Shown here piece by piece: positions 27,072-37,717 of a stretch of 64,000 bases of DNA; the stretch's first letter is position 1, and each line of letters opens with the position of its first letter. A model generated the notes under the pieces. It did no database searches. It saw only the letters and a list, made by a program, of their open reading frames with translations, and had not been told where the DNA came from. Source of the stretch: Terriglobia bacterium (GTDB lineage: Bacteria; Acidobacteriota; Terriglobia; 20CM-2-55-15); NCBI GenBank assembly GCA_965262675.1, contig OZ253554.1:844496-908495 (forward strand), in the 5' to 3' direction. Made by a program: the position numbers and the translations under genes.

Positions 27072-29441
27072 CTACTCGTATCGCAATGCCGACATCGGAT
27101 CGAATCGGGCCGCCCGCCGGGCCGGCAACCACGACGCGACGACGACCAGGGCAATGCCTCCAATCATGACGACGGTGTAGACCCAGGAATCGGCCGCTTC
27201 GATCTCGAACAGGTAGCTTTGCAGGAATCGCGTCAACTCGGCCGACGCGATTGTGCCGAGTGCGAGTCCGAGAATCGCGGGGACAAGACCGTGGCGCATC
27301 ATCTGGAAGATCACATCGCGCGCTCGGGCGCCCATGGCCATTCGAAGGCCGATCTCGCGGGACCGTTGCGCGGTAGAGAACGCGACCACGCTGTAGACGC
27401 CCAGCATTGCCAGCACCAGCGCCGCTCCAGCGAAGGAGGACAGCACGGCAGTCTGGAACCGTTCGCGCTGAACGTTTGTGGCAATAAGCCGGTCCATTGA
27501 AGTCACGGTGACAACGCTTTCGGGCTCGATCCGAAGTATCGCCTGTTCCAGTGAAACCTCGGCCCCGGGGCTCACCTTCGCCACCAGGGTGGCATTTCCG
27601 CTCCCGGGCCGGGGGGGTGGAAGGCCCAGATCCGCCGTGTAGGGTACGTAAAGGTAAGCCAGGGAGTCGCTCCGCATACTCAAGCGCACCCCCCGAACCA
27701 CACCGATCATTGTCGGGGACTCTTGCGCGCCGCTGAATGCTTCGAGCCGCTGCCCGATCGGATTCTGTCCCGGAAAGAACTGCCGGATGATCGATTCGCT
27801 GATGACGACGACAGAATCGCCTGCCGCCACGTCGCTCTCATCGATCCAGCGACCCGACACCAGGGGGATTCCCATCGCCTGCCCGTAGTCCGCGGCCACC
27901 GCTGCCGGGACCATGGCTACGGGGTCTTCCACGCCGGCAGTCATTGCAAGCATGAAAAAACCCTGTCCACCCATCGGAAGCTGTTGTGTCGACGAGGCGT
28001 ATTCCACTTCCGGCAGCGATCGAATCTCTTCCAGTACGGTGTTCAGTAACGCTTGCTGGCTGGAAGCCACGGCATAACGCCGCGGAAGAGAAATTCGGGC
28101 GGTTACCACGTTCTCCGGATCGAAGCCGGGATCGACCGTAATCAACCTCGCGAAACTCTCTATCAGCAGACCGGCGCCGACCAGCAGCACAACCGCAAGC
28201 GAAGTCTGTGCGACAGTCAACACGCTGCGCAGCCATCGCCGATGCCGGGTCTCCGTGGCGCTCGTCGTTCCGTCCTTGAGCGTGTCGTTCAGTTCAAGAC
28301 GCGACGCCCTCAGCGCGGGGACGATTCCAATGGCCAAACCGGACACAAGCGCGACAGCGACAGAGAAGGCGAACACGCGGCCATCGACGGGAACGTCAGC
28401 CATACGTGGAAGCAGCGGTGGCATGTTGGCCAAGGCGGCGGCGCGGATCGAATAGACGGCCAGGAACCCGAGCCCCGCCCCCGAAAAGGTCAGGATCATT
28501 GCCTCGGCAATCATCTGTCGGATCAGGCGCCAGCGGGAGGCGCCCAACGCCCCGCGAATCGACAGTTCCCTTTCTCGCCTCGAAATCCTCGATGCCTGCA
28601 GGTTGACGAGATTCAGAACTCCAATCGACAGAACCATGCCGACAGCGACGGCGAAGATCAGGATGCTTCGTCTGGAATCCGGACCCACAACCCGCTCGGA
28701 CAGCGGCCGCACGACAATGCCCCGTGCGTTCGCTCCGTCGCTCAAACGGTCCCCAAGCAAGTCCATTTCGGCCTGAGCCGATTCGATCGACTCTCCCGGC
28801 ATCAGACGACCCACCACGGCATAGTTCCGGCGGAAGCCCTGGCGAGGCGCCTCAACGGTTGTCACGACCGTTGACGGCGGTCCCGCATCGAAGGGCGACC
28901 GAAACGTTGCCGGAAGGACACCGACGATCGTCATGGCCGGCTGCCCTTCGAGTCGTAACGCCTGACCGATGACATCGGGCCTGCCGCCCCACTTCCCTTG
29001 CCAATAGCTGTAGTCGATTACCGCGGGCTTCGTGCCGTCGGCAAGAAGCTCTTCGGTATCGAACAAGCGGCCAAGTACGGGCTGCACTCGCAACACCTCG
29101 AAATAGCCCGCCGTCACGAAACCGAGGTCGACCGCTTCGGGCGCACCGTCCTGGTCGACGTTCGCGGTGCTCGACGTCGAGGCCGCCAGTCCGGCGAGCG
29201 TACGCGATTCGTCTCGGAAGTCCGCCAGGAGTTCGAGATCGAAGAATCTATCGGCGAAACCGACCAGATCGTCCGGTTCCTCGAACGGAAGGGGCGCCAG
29301 CAGGATCCCGTTGACGATGCTGAACGCGGCCGTGCTCGCCCCGATCGCGATCGTCAGCGTGGCGATTGCGGCGAGAGCGAAGCCCGGACTCCGCGCCAGG
29401 CCGCGGACACCGTATCGGACATTTTTCCAGAGTTCGATCAT
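27072..29441 (-). CDS. ADOP-type duplicated FtsX/MacB-like ABC permease (789 aa)
   Basis: N-terminus LWKNVRYGVRGLARSPGFALAAIATLTIAIGA; two 4-TM FtsX modules separated by large periplasmic domains. Confidence 0.85.
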   Translation of the reverse strand: MIELWKNVRYGVRGLARSPGFALAAIATLTIAIGASTAAFSIVNGILLAPLPFEEPDDLVGFADRFFDLELLADFRDESRTLAGLAASTSSTANVDQDGAPEAVDLGFVTAGYFEVLRVQPVLGRLFDTEELLADGTKPAVIDYSYWQGKWGGRPDVIGQALRLEGQPAMTIVGVLPATFRSPFDAGPPSTVVTTVEAPRQGFRRNYAVVGRLMPGESIESAQAEMDLLGDRLSDGANARGIVVRPLSERVVGPDSRRSILIFAVAVGMVLSIGVLNLVNLQASRISRRERELSIRGALGASRWRLIRQMIAEAMILTFSGAGLGFLAVYSIRAAALANMPPLLPRMADVPVDGRVFAFSVAVALVSGLAIGIVPALRASRLELNDTLKDGTTSATETRHRRWLRSVLTVAQTSLAVVLLVGAGLLIESFARLITVDPGFDPENVVTARISLPRRYAVASSQQALLNTVLEEIRSLPEVEYASSTQQLPMGGQGFFMLAMTAGVEDPVAMVPAAVAADYGQAMGIPLVSGRWIDESDVAAGDSVVVISESIIRQFFPGQNPIGQRLEAFSGAQESPTMIGVVRGVRLSMRSDSLAYLYVPYTADLGLPPPRPGSGNATLVAKVSPGAEVSLEQAILRIEPESVVTVTSMDRLIATNVQRERFQTAVLSSFAGAALVLAMLGVYSVVAFSTAQRSREIGLRMAMGARARDVIFQMMRHGLVPAILGLALGTIASAELTRFLQSYLFEIEAADSWVYTVVMIGGIALVVVASWLPARRAARFDPMSALRYE

Positions 29442-29499
29442 CGTTCCGCCTTTAGCCCGCCTTTCTCACGGGTTTTCGTCGCGAAGAGTCGGAGACGCC

Positions 29500-29600
29500 G
29501 TCAGAGCTACGGCGCGTTCTCAGACGCGTTCCTCGCGTCGGTCGCGCCGGGCGCGTAGCGGCGCGTTCCTCGCGCCGGATCAAGCGCGTCAGGGGGCGTG
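29500..29600. repeat. direct-repeat copy 1 (gcgccgggcgcgtaRcggcgcgttc...cctcgcgccgg...atcaagcgcg); copy 2 is at 35120-35200
   Basis: About 60-70 bp of near-identity in the same orientation, bracketing the degenerate accessory segment 29.6-35.1 kb. Confidence 0.6.
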
Positions 29601-29726
29601 CCTGGCGGATGGATCCGGCGCTGTAGCAGACAACTCGTGAGAAAGACGGGTCAGACAAGACCGAGCCTTTTCGGTTAGTCGCGCCGTAATTTCAATCCGT
29701 AAGCCTTGGAAGCCCGACGCCAAACC

Positions 29727-31264
29727 CTACAGGCTCGCGCGCAAACCCTTCCAGGTGCTGTAACACATGACGATCAGCACCAGCGCAAAGGGGAGACCGG
29801 CCGCGAGAACGGCCGCCTGCGCGGCCACAAGGCCGCCTCCGAGCATCAGCGCGATGGCGACGGCCCCCTCGAAGACGCACCAGAACGCGCGTTGGGCAAC
29901 CGGCGAGTCCAGCTTGCCGCCGGCAGTGATGGTGTCGATGACCAACGATCCCGAGTCGGAGGAGGTGACGAAGAATACCACCACCAGGACGAGGCCGATG
30001 ACCGTGGTGAGGTTCGCAAGCGGCAGAGACTCCAGCATCGCGAACAGGGCAATCTCCGGCTGCTGCGCCTCGACCGCCGCGACGACCTCCGGAGAACCGG
30101 TTTCGATGTACTGCGACACCGCGGTTCCGCCGAAAGCGTTCATCCAGATCGTGACAACCAGCGTCGGGATGATCAGCATGCAGGCGACCGTCTCGCGCAC
30201 CGTTCTGCCGCGCGAAACCCTTGCGACGAACAGGCCGACGAAGGGAGACCACGAGATCCACCAGGCCCAGAAGAATGTCGTCCAGCCGTGCATGAAGTGG
30301 AGATCCTCGCGGCCCACCCAGTTGCTGAGCGGTCCGATCGCCGCGAGATAACTACCGAGGCTGGTCACGGCACCTGTGGCGATGTCTCGCGCCGGCCCGA
30401 CCGCCAGAACGAATACCAGCAGCACCAGGGCGAGCCACAGGTTGGCCTCGCTCAGCCGCTTGACGCCCTTTTCCATCCCGCTCAGGACCGAGGCCAGTGC
30501 CATGCCGGTGATACCGACGATCACCAATACCTCGGTGGCGCCGGTCGTCGGCGCTCCCAAGTGGTCCAGCCCCGCCCTCACCTGTTCGGCGCCCAGCCCG
30601 AGCGACGTCGCCAGACCAAAGAGGGTGGCAAAGACGGCGAGGATGTCGATACAGTGGCCGAACCGGCCCCACACCGCATCCCCCATCAGCGGATAGAACG
30701 CCGACCTCAGCGTCATCGGCAGCCCGAGATTGTACGAGGCGAAGGCGATCGACAGCGCGACCACCGCGTACATGGCCCACCCATGGATTCCCCAATGGTA
30801 GATGGTGCCGGCCATGCCCAGGCGCGCCGCCGCCGCCGTGTCGGCCGGATCGAGGCCGAGCGGCGGTTGCAGGAAATGCTCCACCGGTTCCGACACCCCG
30901 TAGAACATCAGGCCGATGCCCATCCCGCGGCGAAAAGCATGGCAAACCACGCCCACCTGGAGTAGTCGGGCCGGGCATCCGAGCCACCCAGGCGCACGCG
31001 GCCGACGGGCGTTACGATCAACAGCAGGCAGAAGAGCACGAAGAAGTTCCCCGCGCCCATGAACACCCAGTCGAAAGACGACATGAGCCACGCGCGCAGC
31101 GCAACGAAAGCGGTCGCCGCCCCGGCCTGGAAAGTCAGTACCCCCGCGACGAACGCAACGATGGCGAGGCTCGAGACGGCGAAGACCGGATTGTGGATGT
31201 CGAGACCCAAGAACTGGACGTTGTCCTGCCCGAGCTTGTAATTGATCTTCGGGATCTCAGCCAT
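29727..31264 (-). pseudogene. BCCT-family (betaine/carnitine/choline) transporter disrupted by a -1 frameshift near nt 30935
   Basis: N-terminal 118-aa ORF (30908..31264) ends ...WAWFAMLFAAGWASA*, whereas the 454-aa ORF continues the canonical ...GMGIGLMFYGVSEP in another frame. Restoring one G in the run gcgggatggg fuses them. Confidence 0.7.
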
Positions 31265-31334
31265 ATTGTTTTGTCAGCGGCGCTCGAATACCCGGGGCCC
31301 CACCGCGAGGGAAAGCGGGGGAGCCCCGATTCGT

Positions 31335-32372
31335 TCAACTCCCGGTGCCAACGATGAACGCGCCCGGGTTGCCGACGCTGGACCACCCGCCCCGGCCGCC
31401 TTCGTAGTTTCTCAACGTAAAGTCGGGCCTTTCGGAGGGGAGCAACTCGCGGCGGTGCACCCGCTCGCCGGAAAAGACCACCTGGGACGAACCGAGCGCT
31501 CCCCCCCAGATGCCGGAAACCGTGCTGTCGCCGGCGCTGACGAAATGGTCGTGCGTGACGTTCAACTCGAAGCCGCTGAAGTCCTTCCGCGTCACGAAGT
31601 TGGCAACGCCAGCGACCGCGTCCGACCCGTAGGTCGCCGCGGCGCCTTCCTTCAGTACCTCGATCCGATCGATGGCGACCGCCGGGATGGCGTTGATGTC
31701 GACGAATCGGCCTCCGACCAGACGCGCCGGCACGTATGTCTGCCGGCGGCCGTTGATCGATACGAGAGTTCGCGACGCGCCGAGTCCGCGCAGGTTGACG
31801 TTTGAAATCGTCTCGGTGAGGGTAGCGGGCTGGTCGGAATTGTACCAACTGTTCCGCTCGCCGATGACTCCGTGGCTGGCGCCGATGTTCCTGAAGAGGT
31901 CGACGAGTTGGGCCGCCCTCTGCTCCTGCAGCGTTTCACGGCCGACGACGGTGACCGCGTGCGGCAGGTTGATGGCGGGCGCCTCGATCGCCGTGCCGGT
32001 CGCCACCACGGAGATCTGCTCGGCGAACGCTCCGATTCTCATTTCGACATCGAGCGCGGTCATCGCCCCCTCGGCCACCAGTACTCTCTCCCGCTCGAGT
32101 AAGGCGAAGCCGGGCAGATTGAAACTCACGGTGTAGGAACCGGCCGGCAACGAGACGGAGTAGGCCCCGTCCCCGCCGGTAAGGACGATGGAGGGCGCCT
32201 CCAGGTTGGGGCCGGCGATTTCGACCGTGACGCCGGGCAGCACGGCGCCGGTGGCGTCGCTGACGGAACCCGCAACACCAGTGTCCTGCGCCAGCGCCGC
32301 TGCGGGCGCCAGCCACAGAGACGCGAAGACACCCGGATAGACCGATCTTTTTATTTTATCGAGTAGCGTCAC
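31335..32372 (-). pseudogene. TonB-dependent receptor truncated after the plug domain (345 aa; barrel missing)
   Basis: Signal peptide, carboxypeptidase-regulatory-like region and plug motif IEVLKEGAAATYGSDAVAGVANF. Stops about 600 aa short of a complete receptor, 70 nt before the BCCT start. Confidence 0.65.
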
Positions 32373-32776
32373 TATCGATCTCCGGACAGGTATTCATCCC
32401 GTTGTCCAGTCCCCGCACAGACGACTGTCTCGCGCGTGGGTTCGATCTCGCGGAAGTTCTCTCCGTCTTTGGGCCGTCCATTGGTAAGGAGTATACGGTG
32501 TGTGAGTTGTAAGCGCCGGTGAGGTTCAGCGCGTTCCGAGTCGGTCAGTTCAATGGTGGCGACCGGCCGTGGCATTCCTGAAGGATAGGACGCCAAACAA
32601 CTTACGTCAAATTCAGGAACGCTGACGGCGGAGTTATACGACTTGCGAATCAGATGCGACACCACGTTGGTGTCTAACAGCACGACCATGGCCCCGGGCC
32701 CAATCGATGCGAGGCGGTTCGCGCGCGTGCTCGGACGGCGACGATGATTACGATCTTCAACCCGGCGTGTGTTCAA
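32372..32776 (-). pseudogene. degenerate PIN-domain (VapC-like) toxin remnant
   Basis: MVVLLDTNVVSHLIRK is the canonical VapC N-terminus, but the remaining 100 aa lack the PIN acidic residues and core. Confidence 0.35.
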
Positions 32777-32965
32777 AAAAATTCACTTTTGGGTGATCGT
32801 TCACATTCCGCGGGCCGTCCTTTCGGATGACCCGATCTTGTACAGGCCGATCTTCGACGCGACCGAGGCCATCGCCACTTCAATCTGCCGCAAATTCGCT
32901 GCGGTCTGCTCGTCGACCTGTCTCGCGCAGTGGCTGATGCCGACGTAACCTATGTTTCATAATAT

Positions 32966-32998
32966 TCATTGTTTCCCGCATGCCGAAACACTAATATA
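32966..32998 (+). promoter_or_regulatory. sigma70-like promoter (TTGTTT, 17 nt spacer, TAATAT) ending 2-3 nt before the ATG of the 33000 gene, implying a leaderless transcript
   Basis: Read directly in the AT-rich divergent intergenic region 32780-33000. Confidence 0.4.
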
Positions 32999-32999
32999 A

Positions 33000-34112
33000 A
33001 TGGAACACTATTCGCGACAGAGAGCCCTTATGCCTGTAGGGAACAAACAGCAGCCCACCGGAATACAGATCGAGCGCCAGATCGAGCGATTTCTGGCTGA
33101 GCGAATTCCGGCCGGCTGGTCACTCCAAGCCCGGCGAACCGAAATGCTGGCCGGTCGTTACAGTGTGGACCTGCTGGCGGAGATCGCGTCACCCGACGGC
33201 GGGACAGCCGTCCTTGCCGTCGAGATCAAACGAAATCTGGAGCCACGCGACGTCCTCCAGGCAGTCGAGCAGATTTCGATGATCACGGCGAGCGCATTGC
33301 CTCGTGCCGTGCCTGTCGTGGCGGCCGCCTACCTCGCCCCTCGCACCCGTGCCCTGCTTCGTGATCGGGGTGTCGGCTACCTCGATACCACGGGCAACGT
33401 CCGTATCGAAATCTCTACGCCTGGACTGTTCATTTCTACCGACGGGGCCGATCGCAACCCCTGGCCAAGGGATCACAAGCTCCGGTCCCTGCGAGGTCCG
33501 GGTGCTGCCCGGGCCATGAGGGCCATTATCGACACATTTCCTCCATACGGTGTCCGCCAGTTGGCCCAGTCGACCGGAGCGTCGGCACCGACCCTGTCCC
33601 GCGTGCTGGACTTGCTCGAACGCGAGGCAATCGTGACCCGTGCACGCGGGGCCGTATCGACCGTCGATTGGCAGGGCGCCATTCGCCGGTGGGCCGAGGA
33701 CTACGACCAGACCGATTCCAACACACCAACCACGGTTCTCGAGCCACGGGGTCTGCCGGCCCTCGAAAAGAAGCTCCGCGCGAAGAAGTTTGAGTACGCT
33801 GCCACCGGCGCCCTTGCATCTCAGCGATTCGATCCCCTCGCGCCGGCACGGCAGGCGGCCATCTACGTCACCGACGCGCCAAGGTCCATCGACCGCCTGG
33901 ATCTCCGCGAGACCGAAGCCGGTGCCAACGTGGTGCTCCTCGAGCCTCTCGATCCGGTCGTCTTCGATCGGACGGTCGAGCGCGACGGCCTTCTTTGCGT
34001 CGCTCCCAGCCAGCTCGCCGTGGACCTGCTGACCGGACCGGGTCGGGAGCCGTCACAGGGCGAACAGATGTTGAAGTGGATGGAGAAGAACGAGCATGTC
34101 TGGCGGTCCTGA
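33000..34112 (+). CDS. PD-(D/E)xK nuclease-like plus winged-HTH protein (370 aa), first gene of a translationally coupled pair
   Basis: D...AVEIKR (D/EIK) motif in an alpha/beta N-terminal domain; HTH-like GVRQLAQSTGASAPTLSRVLDLLERE; overlaps the next gene by 17 nt. Confidence 0.5.
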   Translation: MEHYSRQRALMPVGNKQQPTGIQIERQIERFLAERIPAGWSLQARRTEMLAGRYSVDLLAEIASPDGGTAVLAVEIKRNLEPRDVLQAVEQISMITASALPRAVPVVAAAYLAPRTRALLRDRGVGYLDTTGNVRIEISTPGLFISTDGADRNPWPRDHKLRSLRGPGAARAMRAIIDTFPPYGVRQLAQSTGASAPTLSRVLDLLEREAIVTRARGAVSTVDWQGAIRRWAEDYDQTDSNTPTTVLEPRGLPALEKKLRAKKFEYAATGALASQRFDPLAPARQAAIYVTDAPRSIDRLDLRETEAGANVVLLEPLDPVVFDRTVERDGLLCVAPSQLAVDLLTGPGREPSQGEQMLKWMEKNEHVWRS

Positions 34113-34941
34113 CCCGCTCTACGTTCGCGCCCGCACTGCACTGCTCGACGCCGCCGATGCGCTGGCCGAACAGTTCGACGCTGTCGTGCTCGTCGGTGCT
34201 CAGGCCATCTATCTACACACCGGCGACGCCGACTTCGCTGCCGCCGAGTACACGACCGACGCAGACTTCTGCATCGCGCCGGCGGATCTGCGCGAAACGC
34301 CGCTTCTCGCCGAATTGCTCGAGACGCACGGGTTCTCGCTCAGAGAACATCCCGGGGCGTGGATGAGCCCGGATGGGATACCCATCGACCTGATGGTTCC
34401 CGAAACGCTGGCCGGAGCCGGTTCCAGGGGAGCTCGCCTTGGACTCCACGGCAATAGAGCGGCAAGGCGAGCCACGGGCCTCGAGGGAGCACTGGTTAAC
34501 CGGGAGCGCATGGAAATCACGGCACTCGATCCGGGCGTGGAGCGATCATCTGCAATGCTGGTCGCCGGACCCGCGGCGCTGCTCGTGGCAAAGGTCCACA
34601 AGATCGCCGAGCGCACCGGGACTCGTGACCGAGTCAGGGACAAGGACGCGTTGGATGTCCTTCGTCTCCTGCAGGCGATTGACACGCCGACGTTCGCGGC
34701 AGGCTTGGCGCAACTTGCGAGCCACGAGATAAGCGCGCGGGTCACAGCCGAAGCCGTGTCCCAGCTCGCGCCCTTGTTTGGCAACCCAGACTCCGTGGGC
34801 GTCACCATGGCGATCCGCGCGGCCCGTGCGGGCACCGAGGCCGACATGATTGCCGCTTCGTTCGGTGCGCTCGTGTCGGATCTCCTCACTGCCTCGACCG
34901 TCGGACGCTCCACCAACCCGTCGAACCCGTCGGCGAGGTAG
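34096..34941 (+). CDS. nucleotidyltransferase-fold-like protein (AbiEii-like?), second gene of the pair
   Basis: VVLVGAQAIYLHTGDADF...TTDADFCI resembles a minimal NTase G-x(n)-D-x-D signature; 281 aa. Confidence 0.4.
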   Translation: MSGGPDPLYVRARTALLDAADALAEQFDAVVLVGAQAIYLHTGDADFAAAEYTTDADFCIAPADLRETPLLAELLETHGFSLREHPGAWMSPDGIPIDLMVPETLAGAGSRGARLGLHGNRAARRATGLEGALVNRERMEITALDPGVERSSAMLVAGPAALLVAKVHKIAERTGTRDRVRDKDALDVLRLLQAIDTPTFAAGLAQLASHEISARVTAEAVSQLAPLFGNPDSVGVTMAIRAARAGTEADMIAASFGALVSDLLTASTVGRSTNPSNPSAR

Positions 34942-35152
34942 CGCGGCGCGAAGCGGCGGAGATCCTTGTCTGGATCGGCAGCGTAGGTCATGCGGTATTG
35001 ACGTAGGAGCATCGCAGCCACAACGGCGGGGATAATTCCCCAGATTCCTCACTCTCGACTTGGACCTGATTTTCGGGGAAGGTCACATCCACTGTAAAGA
35101 CGGCCGTGTTCAACGGCGCATTCCGATGCGCCGGGCGCGTAACGGCGCGTTC

Positions 35153-35314
35153 TCAGGCGCGTGCCTCGCGCCGGTCGCGCCGGATCAAGCGCGCCAAGGC
35201 CACCGACAGCACCGCCACGGCAGTGAAGCCCGGACTCCTGGACAACGAACGCGCGGTGTAGATCGCGTCCTTCGACAGCCGATCGATGGCGGAAAAGGAG
35301 CGCATGGCAGTCAT
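35153..35314 (-). pseudogene. 5' remnant (about 45 codons) of a second ADOP permease gene fused to direct-repeat copy 2
   Basis: Minus-strand translation ...AIYTARSLSRSPGFTAVAVLSVALA aligns with the N-terminus of 27072..29441. The gene body is absent. Confidence 0.5.
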
Positions 35315-35382
35315 TTTATCAGAGGCCGCGTTTCGCCAAACTCACGCCGCCCAGGCGCGTCCACGAACCGCGAGTTGGCGGC

Positions 35383-35808
35383 TTATTTGTTGCCTCTCAG
35401 CAGGCAAATGCCCATCGCGCACGAAAGCAGCGGCAGAGCGGCATCGATGAACCCCCACACGAGAGAGACGGTCTCGGGCCCCACTCCGGTAAAATCGGGG
35501 CTCCGGAAGTTGAACCAGTTCCAGAAAAACAGAATACCCACGAACAGGAAACCGTAGAACAGCGTGCTGGCTGCCAGGAACTCGCGGGTAATCGGCGCGC
35601 CGCCTTCATGGTTGGCGGCTCTCTTGCGGATGTAGCTGAATCTCACGCCCAGCACGATCGCCAACGCCATGAATGGGTTAACGATGTTCCAGATCGGGCT
35701 GTAGGGGCTGGCGTCGGTTGACGCGTAATACAGCGGCTCCACGATCGTGTGAACCGCGACCGCCACGCCGATGACGATGAGACCTGCACCGACAATTCGC
35801 CGGAGCAT
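35383..35808 (-). CDS. hypothetical integral membrane protein (4 TM, 141 aa)
   Basis: Hydrophobic helices; no family recognised. Confidence 0.45.
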   Translation of the reverse strand: MLRRIVGAGLIVIGVAVAVHTIVEPLYYASTDASPYSPIWNIVNPFMALAIVLGVRFSYIRKRAANHEGGAPITREFLAASTLFYGFLFVGILFFWNWFNFRSPDFTGVGPETVSLVWGFIDAALPLLSCAMGICLLRGNK

Positions 35809-36071
35809 ATCCGTGAGTTACCCCCCCTTGCATTGTCCTCACTTTCATCCTTGACTATACGCAACCACAGCCACGGAGGTGCGCAACAGTGTTGTGGCGG
35901 GGCGACGGCAAAAGGCGGATGTGAAGCCGGGTCCTGCATACCCGGCGGCATAGTCCGCATTTTCCATGCGGACAGACTGCCACTTGGTGACCAAGTGAAT
36001 GGGTTCGCATGCGCAAAATCGTGGGTGAACTAATCCGGCGCACATGCGCCGGATGCAACCCGCTAAGCCGA

Positions 36072-36416
36072 CTACAAATCCAGGACCTGCCGGAGTCCGG
36101 AATCGACGCGCGCCATGAGTTTCCGGGAAATTTGTCCAACCCGATCGGAAAGACAGGATTTGTCGAGAGTCACGATCTGCATGATGTTGGCGACAGAGTC
36201 TTGCGGGAGCCCGGTGCTTGTCGCTGGAAGCAGGGTGTTCCCGGGAGCGCCGAGTAGGCGCGTATTCGACGTGAGGATAACACCAAGGATTGTTCTCAAC
36301 CTGCTTCGATTGAAAGCATCCGCCTGAACGATGAGGACGGGGTGGCGAAAACCAGGTTCCGATGCTCGCGGAACATCCAGATCAGCCCACCATACCTCGC
36401 GGCGCGCAACTACCAT
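36072..36416 (-). CDS. MazF/PemK-family type II toxin (endoribonuclease)
   Basis: RREVWWADLD...GFRHPVLIVQADAFN...ILTSN matches the PemK/MazF fold signature. Confidence 0.7.
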   Translation of the reverse strand: MVVARREVWWADLDVPRASEPGFRHPVLIVQADAFNRSRLRTILGVILTSNTRLLGAPGNTLLPATSTGLPQDSVANIMQIVTLDKSCLSDRVGQISRKLMARVDSGLRQVLDL

Positions 36417-36646
36417 TTGCCAGAGCTGACGCTTCGAGCCTGGGCGGTCCTCAACGCCGGATCAAGGCCGTTCGATTCATCGGCGAAAACCTCGTTTAGC
36501 TTAGACGTCACATCCTCGTCACGGTGTTTCGCCAAGTATTCAGAAACCGCTGTGGCGTACAATTCGCTCCTCGACACTCCTTGCCGTTCCGCCAATTCGT
36601 CAGCAGACAGGAACAGTTCGTCCGGTAGTGAGATTGCTGTTTTCAT
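36410..36646 (-). CDS. ribbon-helix-helix (CopG/MazE-like) antitoxin
   Basis: MKTAISLPDELFLSADELAERQGVSRSELYATAVSEYL; overlaps the toxin by 7 nt. Confidence 0.65.
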   Translation of the reverse strand: MKTAISLPDELFLSADELAERQGVSRSELYATAVSEYLAKHRDEDVTSKLNEVFADESNGLDPALRTAQARSVSSGKW

Positions 36647-37395
36647 ACCGAGATTATACCAGCACGGCGACCCTCAAGGCTTGGTTGGGCGACGGCTAGC
36701 AGTGAATTCCGATTGAGCCGCGTGGTATGACCCGCCGGGAGAGAAGGCATTTCGCGGGGAGGAAGCTGTTTTTGTCAAGGGCTACGAAGCCGCTGAAAAA
36801 CCAAGGGGACATTCAAGTCGGTTTGGCCGCTGCCGGATGCTCCAGCCCAGATTGAATTAGCGCGCGGCAGCGAGGACGAGTGATGGGTTTGACAAAAAAA
36901 TGGCTTTGTGATGCGCATCGCGCCAAGCGGTGGTGATCGTATCTCCGAGGCGTTGGAGAAAGACCATCTGATTATCGGATGGTCGGCTGCGAAAGGCCTT
37001 CTTGATGAGGAGCTTCAATGGGAAGGGTTCCGGGAAATCATTCGTAAGACGTACTGCGCCGATGCTGAGAATCTGCGGCAGGCTGTACAGCGCTAGCCCG
37101 CATGGATCACCAGTCGAAGTTTTGGCGTCATTTTGTCGCCGGTAATCGTCTGCGACGAAGTGATGAGGCGTGAAGGGGCGTCTGAGGGCGAAACGAGGCG
37201 TTTTTGAAGACGTGGGACGCGACATTACCTCCATCACCGCTCCGATGGCTACCGGCTGGAGCGACAGTTGCCGGGTGGGTTTCGCACCCACTGAAGATCG
37301 GCGCCTTTTCACGGCGCACTGAGAAAGGCGGGCTAATCGGGACTACCGCGTCGGGGCGGGCGCTGCCGGCATCAACCCAGCCTACTCATTGACAA

Positions 37396-37701
37396 GTGTC
37401 TATAGACACATTACATTCATGGGTGATACGGAGCTTCCGACATCGCGGACTCAAGCGCTTCTACGAGCGCGGAGATCGAAGTCTCATTCGTCCCGATCTG
37501 CACGACCGGGTGGAAGTGATGCTCGCCCAGCTCGATGTCGCCGGCTCCCCTGAATCCATGCGCCTTCCCCAATACCGGCTGCACAGCCTCAAGGGAAACC
37601 TGAAGGGCTATTGGTCGGTCACTGTGAGGGCAAATTGGCGCATCATTTTCCGCTTCGAGAACGGGAACGTTCACGACGTGGAGTTGATCGACTACCACTG
37701 A
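37396..37701 (+). CDS. higB: HigB-family (RelE-fold) type II toxin
   Basis: IRSFRHRGLKRFYERGD...LPQYRLHSLKGNLKGYWSVTVRANWRIIFRFENGNVHDVELIDYH matches the plasmid-maintenance-killer HigB pattern. Confidence 0.75.
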   Translation: MSIDTLHSWVIRSFRHRGLKRFYERGDRSLIRPDLHDRVEVMLAQLDVAGSPESMRLPQYRLHSLKGNLKGYWSVTVRANWRIIFRFENGNVHDVELIDYH

Positions 37702-37717
37702 TGAAAGGAGAAACACC

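Noticed and set aside
29706-30965. 419-aa plus-strand ORF
   Set aside because: Antisense to the BCCT transporter; charged low-complexity translation.
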